NCBI GenBank assembly: GCA_042576705.1
Contig: JBHPEY010000003.1
Location: forward strand, 3,438-67,437
Direction of reading: 5' to 3'
Origin: Nanobdellota archaeon
GTDB taxonomy: Archaea; Nanobdellota; Nanobdellia; Woesearchaeales; UBA11576
Length of the DNA stretch: 64,000 nucleotides
A program made the translations under genes and the position numbers. A model generated the notes under the pieces. That model searched no databases and was not told the DNA's origin. It worked only from the letters and a program-made list of their open reading frames with translations. Shown here in pieces: positions 19,300 to 31,018 of the stretch. Position 1 is the stretch's first letter, and each line of letters starts with the position of its first letter.

Positions 19300-22225
19300 A
19301 GTACATAAAGAACGGTTAGTACACGCGTGCTGAACACGTCGCCGAAGCTTCGTGCTTACACACCGTGCCTATCAAACGAGTCTTTTACTCGAGTTCAAGG
19401 TGTCTCTTTTTGCGGGGGGTTTCGTGCTTAGATGCTTTCAGCACTTATCCCTGAAGGCGTAGCTGCCCTGCGTACCTTGTCAGATAACAGGTAGACCAGA
19501 GGCCTCGAGCCCCCGTTCCTCTCGTACTAAGGGGTCCTTCCACTCAGACACCAAACATTTCCAGTAGATATCAAACAAACTGCCTCACAGCGTTCTGAAC
19601 CCAGCTCACGATCCCTTTTGATGGGTGAACACCCCCACCCTTGGATGCTTCTGCACATCCAGGATAGGAAGAGCCGACATCGATGTAGCAAGCCGCGCCG
19701 TCGATAAACTCCAAGCTTTCTTGTGAAAACCTGTATGAGCTCTCGGGCGCGACAACTCTGTTATCCCCGGAGTAACTTTTCGGTCATCTCTAGCTCCCAT
19801 CAAGGAAGCATAGAGGTTCGCTAGACCAAACTTTCGTTTTTGGATTCCTCATTGACCAGAATCCAATCAGGCTGGCTTTTGCTCTTGCACTCCACGGCGG
19901 ATTTCTGACCCGCCTGAGCCAACCTTAGGGCACCATTGATAAATTTTCAACGGTGTGCCACCCCAGCCAAACTGTCCACCTGCCGCTGTCCTTGTCTCCA
20001 AGTGAGCGACGTAAGTCTAGAAGAGTGGTGTTACATTTTTGTCTATTCATGATCTGGCGACCATAACATAACGACTCCCACTTACACTATACAACAAAAC
20101 TCACGTCGCAACAACAAGCTACAGTAAAGTTTCACGGGGTCTTCGCTTCCCACTGGAAATCACTGGCCTTTGCACCAGTAAAGAGTGTTCGGGGGATTCA
20201 GTCTTGGGACAGTGAGGATCTCGTTACGCCATTCATGCAGGCCGTCATTCAAACGGCAAGGCATTTCGCTACCTTAAGAGAGTTATAGTTACTCCCGCCG
20301 TTTACCAGCTCTTAGCTCCCTTGGAAGGAAGTTTGAAGTACTGGCACTGGGCAGACGTCACCTTCTGTACACACCTTTGCAGGCTAGCAGAAAGTTAAGT
20401 TTTTGTTAAACAGTCGGACCCTCTGAGTCACTGCGCCCTATGTTTGCAGTCATGCGACTACAAGCATAGGGACCCCTTATACCGAAGATACGGGGCGAAT
20501 TTGCCGAATTCCCTAAAACTGATTAATCCCTCACACCTTAGGCTTCTCACCTAGGGGCACCTGTGCTGGTTCTGGGTATGATTGCTAAAGTTCCATTCCT
20601 GTTCCTTTTTCATGGAGTCCAGGCATTGACTGAATGGACCAAAGGCCCACTATTCCCGAGTTTATTCAACTTCTCATCATTAAGATTCTCCATTGAATTG
20701 TCTTGGTTAACACAATAGATGACTTGTGTCAGTCTAGCCAGAACCGTCAGAAACAAGACTTGTGTTGCCACGTGTACTAAAGCAGTAAAGGAATCTTAAC
20801 CTTTTTCCCTTTCCCGTGTTGCCAGTTAGGCAGACGGTTAGGATCAACTTACCCTTGACTGAACTGCATTGTCAAGGAACCCTTGCCCTTTCGGTGGTAG
20901 TGATTCTCACACTACTATGATCCTACTCTCACCAGGATCCTCATTTCTACGAGGTTCACTCCCTCTCTCGAGAAAGCTTTTGCCCTCGCAGAGCGCCTAC
21001 CTACCACAATCCTTTCGGATGTCTGAAGTATCGGTAACCTGCTTAGCCCCGTCCATTTTCGGGGCCCACATTCTTGACAAGTAAGCTGTTACGCACTTAT
21101 TATAGGGTGGCTGCTTCTAAGCCAACCTCCTCGCTGTCTGTGAATGTAAACACCCTTCACCCGTTAACACTTAGCAGGTATTTTGGGACCTTAACTTCAG
21201 TCTGGGTTGTTCCCCTCTAGCTACTCACCCTTACGACGAGTACCCGTCTCCCGGAATCTACGACGTTGAAACATTCGGAGTTGGACAGGAAACCGAGGAA
21301 TTTCTTCCCCTAAATCCCCAATCCGTATCTCTACCTTTTCAACTATCTCATCCGAGGTTTGACTACGGCCAATTTTGGTAGGAACCAGCTATCACCGTGT
21401 TCGATTGGCTTTTCACCCCTAGCCCAAAGTTAGAAGACTACTTGCCCGTAAGTTCTCTGCAGGCCTCCACGGGATTTTACTCCCGCTTCACCTTACCCTG
21501 GGTTAGATCACACGGCTTCGGGTCTGGCCCAAGTGACTCAAGGCATTTTCATACCTAGTCCCTCATTGCTTGCGGACTTATTGATTTCTCTGCGGGTACC
21601 TCTTTACAAGTTACCCTTGCCACTTAGACAAACTCCCTGGCACGTTATTCAAAACGGACGTTACAACTCCGAAGAGCCGTAACCCACTATAGCTATTAGG
21701 TTTCAAGGTCTTTTAACTCCCTGTCAAGGGTTCTTTTCAACATTCCATCACTGTACTGTACGCTATCGGACTCAAGACGTGTTTAGGGTTGGAGGTTGAT
21801 GCCCCCCATATTCGTACCAAATATCCAATTGATACTACTCTGGAACTCACTAAACCTTTCTGGTTTTCCCTTACGGGACTATCACCCTTTATCGTGCTGC
21901 TTTCCAGCAGACTTCAAGTCAACCAGCGAAGGCGAAAAAGTGGTCCAAACACCACATCTCTTACATCTTTCAATGCAAGATTCAGTTTGCCCTATACGGT
22001 TTTCAGTCGCCCTTACTCACCGCATCCCAATTGGTTTCTTTTCCTGCAGGTACTAAGACGTTTCAATTCCCTGCGTTCCCTTACCTTTCGGCATTAAAGC
22101 GAAGTCGCATTAAGGCACCCCCGGTTCAAAGCATACATGCTGCTAGCCGGGGCATATCGTAGCTTGTCACGCCCTTCGTCGGCGTCTTGAGCCAAGTCAT
22201 CCACCTAATAGCTTAAATTGTACTT
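19300..22225 (-). rRNA. rrl: 23S rRNA containing a 29-nt intron; ends approximate
   Basis: Universal motifs (sarcin-ricin AGTACGAGAGGAAC, GAGCTGGGTT, GGTAGCGAAA); flanks 19288-19308 and 22217-22236 are complementary. Confidence 0.97.
19706..19734 (-). other. Archaeal BHB intron in 23S helix 89 loop
   Basis: GA-GCTC-AT^A-CAGG...CTTG-GAGT-TT^A-TC; removal restores GAGAGCTCATATCGACGG. Confidence 0.85.
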
Positions 22226-22395
22226 CCTATGCACGGCATCATTAACATGATGTGGGAAAAAAATGAACAGTCTGAGTGTTCTTCATGTCTTGCCCTTGAT
22301 ACAGAAAAATACATTCCTGCACTGCAGCGACCTTCTGTCGCGTGTGCCCTTATGGTGTGAATATGATGTTTTGTGAATTTGGAAAATGTGTTCTG

Positions 22396-22503
22396 TGGGA
22401 AAACTTCGTTTTCCCATATATAGAAAATCCCGACTTCATCGGGATTTTCAGACATTCGAAAACCAATTTAGCCGACTTCGTCGGCGAAATTGTTTTGTCG
22501 AAT
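22396..22503 (-). repeat. Three-hairpin tRNA trailer, family C copy 1
   Basis: TGGGAAAAC/GTTTTCCCA, GAAAATCCCGA/TCGGGATTTTC, ATTTAGCCGAC/GTCGGCGAAAT; homologous to 31268-31380. Confidence 0.75.
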
Positions 22504-22646
22504 GGACCCGTCGGGACTTTCATGATAATGCCCCTTGAGTCACCATCTTTTCGAACCCGAGGCCCCCGCCTTGCAAGGGCGGTGCTCTTTTCCGCTCCGC
22601 GCAAACCTTCGTTCGCAGACGAAGTACCAGACTGAGCTACGGGCCC
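22503..22646 (-). tRNA. tRNA-Ala(UGC) with two non-canonical introns (22589-22625 D-loop; 22517-22549 at 59/60)
   Basis: Splicing gives GGGCCCGTAGCTCAGTCTGGTAGAGCACCGCCCTTGCAAGGCGGGGGCCTCGGGTTCGAATCCCGACGGGTCCA; lies in the 16S-23S spacer. Confidence 0.92.
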
Positions 22647-22761
22647 AATTAATGTAATAAAAAACGTTGGAGTGTTTGGCAAACTTTAGCATTATCCCGT
22701 CGAAGACGAGCATCGCTTATTTAGTGGTTTTTTATCTTATCATTACTGATAAAATAAAAAA

Positions 22762-24340
<1,579 letters not shown>

Positions 24341-24560
24341 TGTTATTTTGGTCGCAAGAATTGAAATTTTGGTTTGGTCGAGAAAAGAGCAATTCGTCCG
24401 TTTTATTGACTAAAACGTCCAATTATTGCTCTATGTTTGCCAAACACTCCTAATTCATACTTAACAGCATCGTGTCAAGCATACACGTTTTCTTCCTTTG
24501 AATAAAGGAGAATTATGGAGTGGATAAAACAACAAGGTAGATTCTACGGAAAAATCGGTA

Positions 24561-24577
24561 ATTTATAAATGTTTCGG
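24561..24577 (-). promoter_or_regulatory. BRE-TATA promoter upstream of the rRNA operon
   Basis: Minus strand CCGAAACATTTATAAA about 220 nt upstream of the 16S 5' end. Confidence 0.6.
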
Positions 24578-24671
24578 CTTGTTTCAGGCGTTTTGCAGGG
24601 TTAAATCCCGGCCTACAGGCTAGCTAGGTAAATTGCCAAAAAATAGCTAAGAATAGTAGAATTACTTGGAT

Positions 24672-24785
24672 CTAGCAAGCCTTCTTCTTTTCTCTTTCCT
24701 CATACGTTTGCGCTGCCATTTCCACCGCATCTGCTGCTTCTTTTTCCAGCGCCTTGAACTTCGTTTCATTCTTGTGTGTCTTCAC
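24672..24785 (-). CDS. Possible 37-aa charged small ORF
   Basis: GTG start, KTHKNETKFKALEKEAADAVEMAAQTYEEREKKKAC; coding-like composition only. Confidence 0.3.
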   Translation of the reverse strand: MKTHKNETKFKALEKEAADAVEMAAQTYEEREKKKAC

Positions 24786-24868
24786 AACCTTTGTGGTTGC
24801 TAGTTAACCTCGATATTTGATGTATCTGGGGGTCTAGAGGGGTTATTTAAAGGTTTGGTTTGGGAGCA

Positions 24869-25132
24869 TTACCTGCTGTACTTGTGTTTGAGGGTCAACT
24901 GTATGATGCTTATTATCAGTGCGATGAAGTTGCAGATCACGACGGGCATCGCCTTTATCATCGCACCGTATGTGAGCCAAAGGGTGCAGTTGAAGAAGTA
25001 TAACCATAGGGTTCCCCACGATAAGTCTCTGACTTTCTTTGTTGTTATTATCTTGATTACTTGGGGAAGCATCAGTGCTGTACCGACGACAGCTGCGGTG
25101 TATCCTATGAGTTCTGCGAGAATCCAAACCAT
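24869..25132 (-). CDS. SemiSWEET/PQ-loop transporter
   Basis: LPQVIK....K.VRDLS, LWL.YG, P....N; 3 TMs. Confidence 0.88.
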   Translation of the reverse strand: MVWILAELIGYTAAVVGTALMLPQVIKIITTKKVRDLSWGTLWLYFFNCTLWLTYGAMIKAMPVVICNFIALIISIIQLTLKHKYSR

Positions 25133-25166
25133 ATTTTTCTACAAAGAATTCCGGTATAAAAAACTA

Positions 25167-25241
25167 TGCTCCCGCCGGGATTTGAACCCGAGTCTTTGCC
25201 TCGAAAGGGCAAAATGATTGGCCGGACTACACCACGGGGGC
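25167..25241 (-). tRNA. tRNA-Glu(UUC)
   Basis: Cloverleaf; anticodon arm TTGCC-CTTTCGA-GGCAA; one C/A mismatch in acceptor stem. Confidence 0.92.
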
Positions 25242-25345
25242 ATTTTTTTGTCCGTGTGAATATGAAAGTTTGTCAAGAGTCAGCGACCACCACTCTATGA
25301 GATAATGGACAGCAACTCTTGACAAACTAAGTTGACCATAATAGG

Positions 25346-25512
25346 TGAGCCCGCCGGGACATTCATCAAAGCTGCTTTGCGGTTCTGATTTTGAACCCGG
25401 GACCACCGGTTTACTTAAGCTGTGCGAAGCGTTGCCATATAAGACCGGCGCTCCAATTACCCGCTTTTTACGCGAGATGAGCGCTATAAGCACCAGGCTA
25501 AGCTACGGGCTC
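25346..25512 (-). tRNA. tRNA-Ile(UAU) with three introns (about 25458-25491 D-loop; 25412-25437 at 37/38; 25360-25389 at 59/60)
   Basis: GAGCCCG/CGGGCTC acceptor; strict BHBs at anticodon and T-loop; spliced anticodon loop CTTATAA. Confidence 0.88.
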
Positions 25513-25559
25513 GCAATATAGTCTTTTTAAGGAGAAATTTGGGGTATTTATAAAATTTT

Positions 25560-26471
25560 GTGTTTGTCGGGTGTCTGGTATCAATAATTTTAATAATGTG
25601 TGCCTACTCTTTTTTTGACATGTTGGGGGATTATAATAGACGGGAGTCGTTCTATCACGCAGCGCTGATAAACTCTAAAACGGTGCGTCCGGGCACTTTA
25701 GCGGGTGAAAAGGCACTCAGGGCAAAGCTCCAGGAGCATGGCAGCTTTGAGGAGATATATCTTTCTGAGTCCGGCGGCCTTCTTGTTGATGATGAGATCA
25801 GTAGGGACAAGAGTCTTGTCAGTCTTCTGAAGCGGATTGATAAGATCAGTTTTGACTTCAGGGTCCTGACTGTGAATGATGTTGATTTCCCGCAGCACCT
25901 TAAGGATGTTGAGGGTTCTACCCCTGTGTTGTACACCTGTGGGGATGTGGGTCTTATGGATGAGCAGTCCATCTCTGTTGTTGGTACACGGAAGCTTGAG
26001 GACAGGGTTGATATCGAGGAAGGGGCAGCGGTCGTCAAGCGGCTTGTCGCAAAAGGCTATGTTGTGGTCAGCGGACTCGCAGCAGGGTGTGATACACTCG
26101 GGCACACAAAAGCGATCGAGCATGGCGGGAAGACTATTGCTGTTTTGGGGACTCCTCTTGATAGGTTCTATCCTAAAGAGAACAAGATGCTGCAGGAAAG
26201 GATTGCTGCGGAACATCTTGTCGTATCGCAGTATCCCATCGGTGTAAGGACTTTCCCTTCTTACTTTGCGCACAGGAACCTGACTACGGTGTCTTTGTCT
26301 ACGGAAGGTGTTGTTGTGGTACGTTCAGGAGACAAGAGCGGGACACAGCACGCGATACGCCACTGCGTGGCGCAGGAAAAGCCGTTGTATGTCATGGCTA
26401 ATAACTTTGGCAAGGGCTATGCCTGGGTAAAGGAGAGGAGACAATATCTCAAGGTGCCGAATGGAAGATGA
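25560..26471 (+). CDS. DprA/Smf Rossmann-domain protein (ShosA-like); start uncertain
   Basis: SVVGTR, VVVSGLAAGCDT..H..AI..GG.TIAVLGTPLD..YP.EN, F..RN, SGT. Confidence 0.85.
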   Translation: MFVGCLVSIILIMCAYSFFDMLGDYNRRESFYHAALINSKTVRPGTLAGEKALRAKLQEHGSFEEIYLSESGGLLVDDEISRDKSLVSLLKRIDKISFDFRVLTVNDVDFPQHLKDVEGSTPVLYTCGDVGLMDEQSISVVGTRKLEDRVDIEEGAAVVKRLVAKGYVVVSGLAAGCDTLGHTKAIEHGGKTIAVLGTPLDRFYPKENKMLQERIAAEHLVVSQYPIGVRTFPSYFAHRNLTTVSLSTEGVVVVRSGDKSGTQHAIRHCVAQEKPLYVMANNFGKGYAWVKERRQYLKVPNGR

Positions 26472-27670
26472 AAGGGTTCTATCTTTTTGATTCAGACATG
26501 ACACTTCTTGATACTACGTCGGTCAAGCCTCATATGATCACCAATGAAGGCAAGTCTTATGTTGTGGATAATCCTGGGAAATGTGGAGTGCACATCATTG
26601 ATGATTCTCTGCGTGATACAGTCAACAGCATGTACTCGCGTCATGAGAATGTCGCTATAGTCACTAACTCTCCGGAACGGTGCGCGCGCGCATTGCTTGT
26701 GCATCATGGATTCAACACAGGTATCCCTGTATTCGGTGCACTTTCGAAACCCAAGCCCGGCAGCCTTGAGGGTGTCATAAGATCCTTGGGCTGGGACTCG
26801 TCGAATGCTGTGATAATCGGCGACAGCCCTGGCGATATACTTGCGGGGCATGAATGCGGAGTGGCTGGTGTCGGCGTGACATGGGGTGATTTCCCTGAGA
26901 AGAAGCTCCTGAAAGCTGAACCTGCTGATATGATCCATGATCCTGTCCAGCTCGAAGACGTGATCGACTGTTTTGAGAATGATGAACTGGAATATTCTCC
27001 CCGAAGCGCTCCGGGTGAACATATCTTTCTTGAGAAGGAGCGCTGGGGTGTTGCTGAAGATGTGGTGGTCATTAAACTGTGGGATTATTACAAAAAAGAA
27101 CATCCTAATTTCAGGGATTCTAATTCGAGGACTGTCCTAAACTACAAGAGGATCAAGGAGTTCTCTGTTAACGATACTAAGCAAGGAGTCTGTGACAGAT
27201 TTTTCTATTCAGGAGAGGTCAGGAATGGCGCAGTATTGTACAAACTGATGAGGGTCGTCAAAAATGGGTTGCTGCACAAGATTGATCAGATGAATCTGCA
27301 GGGGTCGACATATGTCTTTGCTGCACCGAACTCGTTTCCTGAGTATTGCTATCGTTGTGATGCTAACCAATGGATGGCGAACCAGATCAACAGGCATCTC
27401 CAGAATGATTCTAAGACGCAGAGGAAGATGTTCCGCGTCTATCCGAAAGCAGAGGCGCATAACAATGGAAGCAGGGACCTGCCCACGCACTACAGGACAA
27501 TGGGGATGCTTGCCAAGAGGAGTGTTCCCAAGCCTGATAATGCCATACTGTTAGATGATGTCACCTCATCCGGCAGCCAGATCAAGGCGATGGCAAAGAT
27601 GATGCGGGGGTTCCTCAGGTATGAAGGCAACATATATGGGCTTGTCGTCGGTAAGAATGTCGGTTGGTGA
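26468..27670 (+). CDS. HAD hydrolase + phosphoribosyltransferase fusion (ShosT-like)
   Basis: FDSDMTL, VTN, KP.P, IGDSPGD; PRPP loop ILLDDVTSSGSQ; ATGA overlap with dprA-like gene. Confidence 0.82.
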   Translation: MKGFYLFDSDMTLLDTTSVKPHMITNEGKSYVVDNPGKCGVHIIDDSLRDTVNSMYSRHENVAIVTNSPERCARALLVHHGFNTGIPVFGALSKPKPGSLEGVIRSLGWDSSNAVIIGDSPGDILAGHECGVAGVGVTWGDFPEKKLLKAEPADMIHDPVQLEDVIDCFENDELEYSPRSAPGEHIFLEKERWGVAEDVVVIKLWDYYKKEHPNFRDSNSRTVLNYKRIKEFSVNDTKQGVCDRFFYSGEVRNGAVLYKLMRVVKNGLLHKIDQMNLQGSTYVFAAPNSFPEYCYRCDANQWMANQINRHLQNDSKTQRKMFRVYPKAEAHNNGSRDLPTHYRTMGMLAKRSVPKPDNAILLDDVTSSGSQIKAMAKMMRGFLRYEGNIYGLVVGKNVGW

Positions 27671-27683
27671 GTTGGGGGTCTTA

Positions 27684-29231
27684 TTATATTGGCACGCACG
27701 CTGTTCCTTGCGGTGTATTCCTGCAGGTGCCTGTTATTGTCCTGTCCGGAGCCTTGAAGCTGCAGGATGCGCCTTCTGATTTCCCGCTGCATGCTGCGGT
27801 CGCTTCTGGAGGTGGTGTCCCTTGGCTATTTGGTGGTGTCTGGGTTGGTGGTTGCTGCTGCGTTGTGGTCGGTTGTGTGCTGGTGAACTTGACATCCACC
27901 AGTTCTGCTCCGCCTCTTACACATCTTGCGTAATTATATATCCTCCTTGCGTCGCCTTGCGGGCCGTGTCCTGTGGGGTAATCATCAGGGTCGCCTGACT
28001 TCGGGTCGCTTCTTTGGCAGCCTGCGCCGTGGACATCGAGCCAGACATTGTTCATGTAGCCCATCGCCCTTCCGAAGGAGATGTATGCAGCGCTGTCTGC
28101 GCTCCGTTCGTTCACGTGGGTTGTGCCTGTCCAGAAGAATGGGTAGTCTTTCTTTCCTGCTTCGTTTGTGATATCTGTTGTGTCGAAGATGGGGTCTATC
28201 GCTGCGGAGGATGTGGCGTCTGGCGATCTTGTGTAGTCTACTATTGACTGCAGTTCTTTTGCGTCTGGCAGGCGCCAGTCATCGTGTGTCGCTAGGTTGA
28301 GTTCTTCGCAATAATTGAGTGCGTCTTTCCATGTCATGCCTTTTTTGCTGTCCTGCTCCTGCCAGGTGAGCCCGCTCCAGTCGTCGGTGATTGTGTTGTC
28401 GTTGTTGTCCTTGAACCTGTTTATGCCGTAATCCTTACCTCTTACGTAGATGACGAAGAATGTCTTTTTCCCTCGGGGGGTTTCAATCCCATACCCTTTT
28501 ATCCTGCCGTCTGCGAAGTTCACGCCGAACACTGTCTCGTCTCCGCCCATGGTCGTTGAGATGTATTTCGTGCCTGAGGCCCACTGTGAATCTATGATGC
28601 GGTCACCTGTGCTTGTGTCTCCGTATTCGAAATTGAAGTAATCTGTGTCTATGAATGGGGTGAGGCCTGATGTGTCTTGTCCTGTGCTGTCTGGGTCTAT
28701 GCCTCTGAAATCCATGAGAGAGTATAGCTCTTTTATCGTCGGGATGCGCCAGTCGTCATGGCCTGCGAGACGGAAGTCTGCAGCTCCATCAATTGCTTGG
28801 TCGTATGTCTTTTTGCTTTTAGGGTCTTGCTGCCACATGAGTCCTGTGCTGAGGTCGGTTATTGTTCCGTCGTTGTTGTCTTTGTACTTCGGAGTCGTTG
28901 TCTGGTATTGTGCGTCCTGGCCGAAGAAGTCTGCGCCTTCGCTTGGGCAGCGCATTTTTCTTGTGTTGTCGTAGCAGTTGTCTTGGGATGTGTCTATGAT
29001 CGCTTTTTTATTTGTTGTTGCGGGTTTGTATTTTGATGTTGGTTCTTCTTGTTTGGTGTCTGTTGTCTTTTGTGTTTCTGTCGCAGGTGTTGTCTGTGTG
29101 GGTGTCTCTTCTGCTGTCTGCTCTGGTGTTGGTTGTGTTGTCGGTGTCTGCGTGGGTTGCACTGCGCAGCCTGCTATGAGAATAAGGATGATTGATAGTG
29201 CTATTAGCAGCCTCTTTTTCATGTTGGCCAT
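27684..29231 (-). CDS. Lipoprotein with two DUF1566 (Lcl C-terminal) domains
   Basis: Lipobox IAGC; twice DN.D.TITD...GL.W..DWR.P..KEL.S; ARCVRG. Confidence 0.88.
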   Translation of the reverse strand: MANMKKRLLIALSIILILIAGCAVQPTQTPTTQPTPEQTAEETPTQTTPATETQKTTDTKQEEPTSKYKPATTNKKAIIDTSQDNCYDNTRKMRCPSEGADFFGQDAQYQTTTPKYKDNNDGTITDLSTGLMWQQDPKSKKTYDQAIDGAADFRLAGHDDWRIPTIKELYSLMDFRGIDPDSTGQDTSGLTPFIDTDYFNFEYGDTSTGDRIIDSQWASGTKYISTTMGGDETVFGVNFADGRIKGYGIETPRGKKTFFVIYVRGKDYGINRFKDNNDNTITDDWSGLTWQEQDSKKGMTWKDALNYCEELNLATHDDWRLPDAKELQSIVDYTRSPDATSSAAIDPIFDTTDITNEAGKKDYPFFWTGTTHVNERSADSAAYISFGRAMGYMNNVWLDVHGAGCQRSDPKSGDPDDYPTGHGPQGDARRIYNYARCVRGGAELVDVKFTSTQPTTTQQQPPTQTPPNSQGTPPPEATAACSGKSEGASCSFKAPDRTITGTCRNTPQGTACVPI

Positions 29232-29274
29232 GTCTAGACTAACATTTATATAGTTTTGGTATGTTTTCTGGTGC

Positions 29275-29865
29275 ATGAAACTTATCCTTACGCGGCATGG
29301 TGAGACTGAAGAGAATCGCAAGCTAATAATGCAAGGACAGTCCGATGGAAAGCTGTCTGCTGATGGGATCTCTCAGGCAAAGAAGCTCGCCCTGCGGCTG
29401 AAGGACGAGAAGATTGACTGTATATATTCTAGTGATCTTTCCCGGGCTGCGGATACTGCGAAAGAGATTGCAGTGTATCATCCTGATGTTCCATTTGAGG
29501 TTGTTGCTGAGTTGCGTGAATGTTCATTGGGGGTCATGGAAGGGAAGACAAAGAAAGAGATGGGATTCTCAGATGGCGAGCGGCCGCCCAAGGAATTGCG
29601 TGATACCTGTGAAGGCTTTGATGTGCTGTTCTCTCGTGCAGAGAATTTTTTGCATAAGGTCTTGAGTAAGCATGCTGATGATGTTGTGCTTTTTGTTGCA
29701 CATAGCATCATCAATCGCGCTTTGATTGCCGTGATAACTGGAAAGGGTCATGAGGATGTGCCTTTTGTTGAGAGAGTAGGTAATGCTAGTGTCTCTGTGT
29801 TTGAGATTGATGAGGACAAGAACCATAAGATACATCTGTTCAATTGTGTTGGGCATCTGGAGTAG
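29275..29865 (+). CDS. Histidine phosphatase family protein
   Basis: RHGET, SSDLSRA.DTA, LRE..LG..EG, VAH. Confidence 0.92.
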   Translation: MKLILTRHGETEENRKLIMQGQSDGKLSADGISQAKKLALRLKDEKIDCIYSSDLSRAADTAKEIAVYHPDVPFEVVAELRECSLGVMEGKTKKEMGFSDGERPPKELRDTCEGFDVLFSRAENFLHKVLSKHADDVVLFVAHSIINRALIAVITGKGHEDVPFVERVGNASVSVFEIDEDKNHKIHLFNCVGHLE

Positions 29866-29881
29866 TCCTGCGGGATGTCTG

Positions 29882-30088
29882 CTATCTTTTCTTCTTTCCT
29901 TCAAAGATAAACAGCTCGTCAATACTTGTCTTCAGTGCTTTGGCTACGTCGTGCGCGAGCTGGAGTGAAGGGTTGTATTTCCCTTTCTCCAGGAAGACTA
30001 TGGTCTCTCTTCTCACTCCGACTTTCTTCGCAAGGTCTTCCTGGGTAAGGTCGTATCTTGCCCTTAGTTCTTTTATCCGTGTTTTCAT
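29882..30088 (-). CDS. XRE-family HTH regulator
   Basis: IKELR....[29 protein letters not shown]. Confidence 0.92.
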   Translation of the reverse strand: MKTRIKELRARYDLTQEDLAKKVGVRRETIVFLEKGKYNPSLQLAHDVAKALKTSIDELFIFEGKKKR

Positions 30089-30089
30089 T

Positions 30090-30422
30090 TTACTTATCCA
30101 TCTTATCATAATAAAACAAGGAAATAAGACAGATGATCAAAGCACCTCCAAAGAGGATGACGAATGCTGGAAGCATTATCTCAATATTTTTTGTCAGATA
30201 CCCGTATGCAACTGTCGCAGATCCAAAAAATATCGTGTATAAAAAAGCATTCCTTGTCGCCTTTCCGATATTGATCTCTATCCGTTCATCACTCATCTTA
30301 TACACTGAAAAATATGAGATGAATCCAAGAAAGCCCAGGAAACCTACCTTGCCTTCAACAAAATACAACAAGCTCAAGACTGATAGGAATCCGAGGTACC
30401 AAAACGCGTTTTTCTTTTTCAT
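30090..30422 (-). CDS. Membrane protein (DUF3796-like)
   Basis: [16 protein letters not shown]....KA. Confidence 0.7.
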   Translation of the reverse strand: MKKKNAFWYLGFLSVLSLLYFVEGKVGFLGFLGFISYFSVYKMSDERIEINIGKATRNAFLYTIFFGSATVAYGYLTKNIEIMLPAFVILFGGALIICLISLFYYDKMDK

Positions 30423-30423
30423 T

Positions 30424-30858
30424 CTATATCACCTGCCTGTTGTAGTATGCCCAGCAAAGACCAAAGATCACTGCCATGCCGAGTATTCCTGTTCCTGTCG
30501 CTTGTGAAACATCCCTGAACTGGACCCATCCATTTGAAGAGGCCCATCCTATTATCAGTATCCACCAAACAGAGATCAGGAATGCTTTGGATCCTGCAAG
30601 TGTCATCACTTTATTTGATCTTTCGTCATGGGCTGGAAATCCTTTCTTGACGTCTGTGTATCGCTTTTTCAAGAAAATAATGAGCGCCACTAATACAATC
30701 ACTCCGATGATCAACGCGACAGCTGATTCTGTTATCTGTCCTTTTCTGAAGACTGTTATCGCAAACAATACAAAGGTTGAGAAGAGCAATAAGGCTAAGA
30801 TCCCTACTGTGAGGATCTTTATCTTGTCCTGTTCTTTTGGATTATTTTTTGTTTTCAT
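30424..30858 (-). CDS. Membrane protein (DUF2178-like)
   Basis: 4 TMs, DERS..V...A...AF; operonic with XRE gene. Confidence 0.72.
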   Translation of the reverse strand: MKTKNNPKEQDKIKILTVGILALLLFSTFVLFAITVFRKGQITESAVALIIGVIVLVALIIFLKKRYTDVKKGFPAHDERSNKVMTLAGSKAFLISVWWILIIGWASSNGWVQFRDVSQATGTGILGMAVIFGLCWAYYNRQVI

Positions 30859-30894
30859 TTCTCTAACCCCCTTAGTTAGTTATTTATCATATTT

Positions 30895-30933
30895 TGTTAG
30901 GTATTTTTAACCTTATGTTAGATATATATAACA
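30895..30933. promoter_or_regulatory. Tandem TGTTA-N8-TAAC palindromes, probable XRE operators
   Basis: TGTTAGGTATTTTTAACC and TGTTAGATATATATAACA between TATA (about 30940) and operon start. Confidence 0.55.
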
Positions 30934-31018
30934 TGGTTGTATATAAATGTTTTGGTTTATTGGGTGGTTTTGGGAGTTTGTGGTCGGAGATGTGTGGAGA
31001 AGTCGGTGAAGGGTACTA

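Noticed and set aside
19190..19300. 5S rRNA after 23S
   Set aside because: Only a T-tract and a promoter-like spacer; unlinked 5S is common in archaea.
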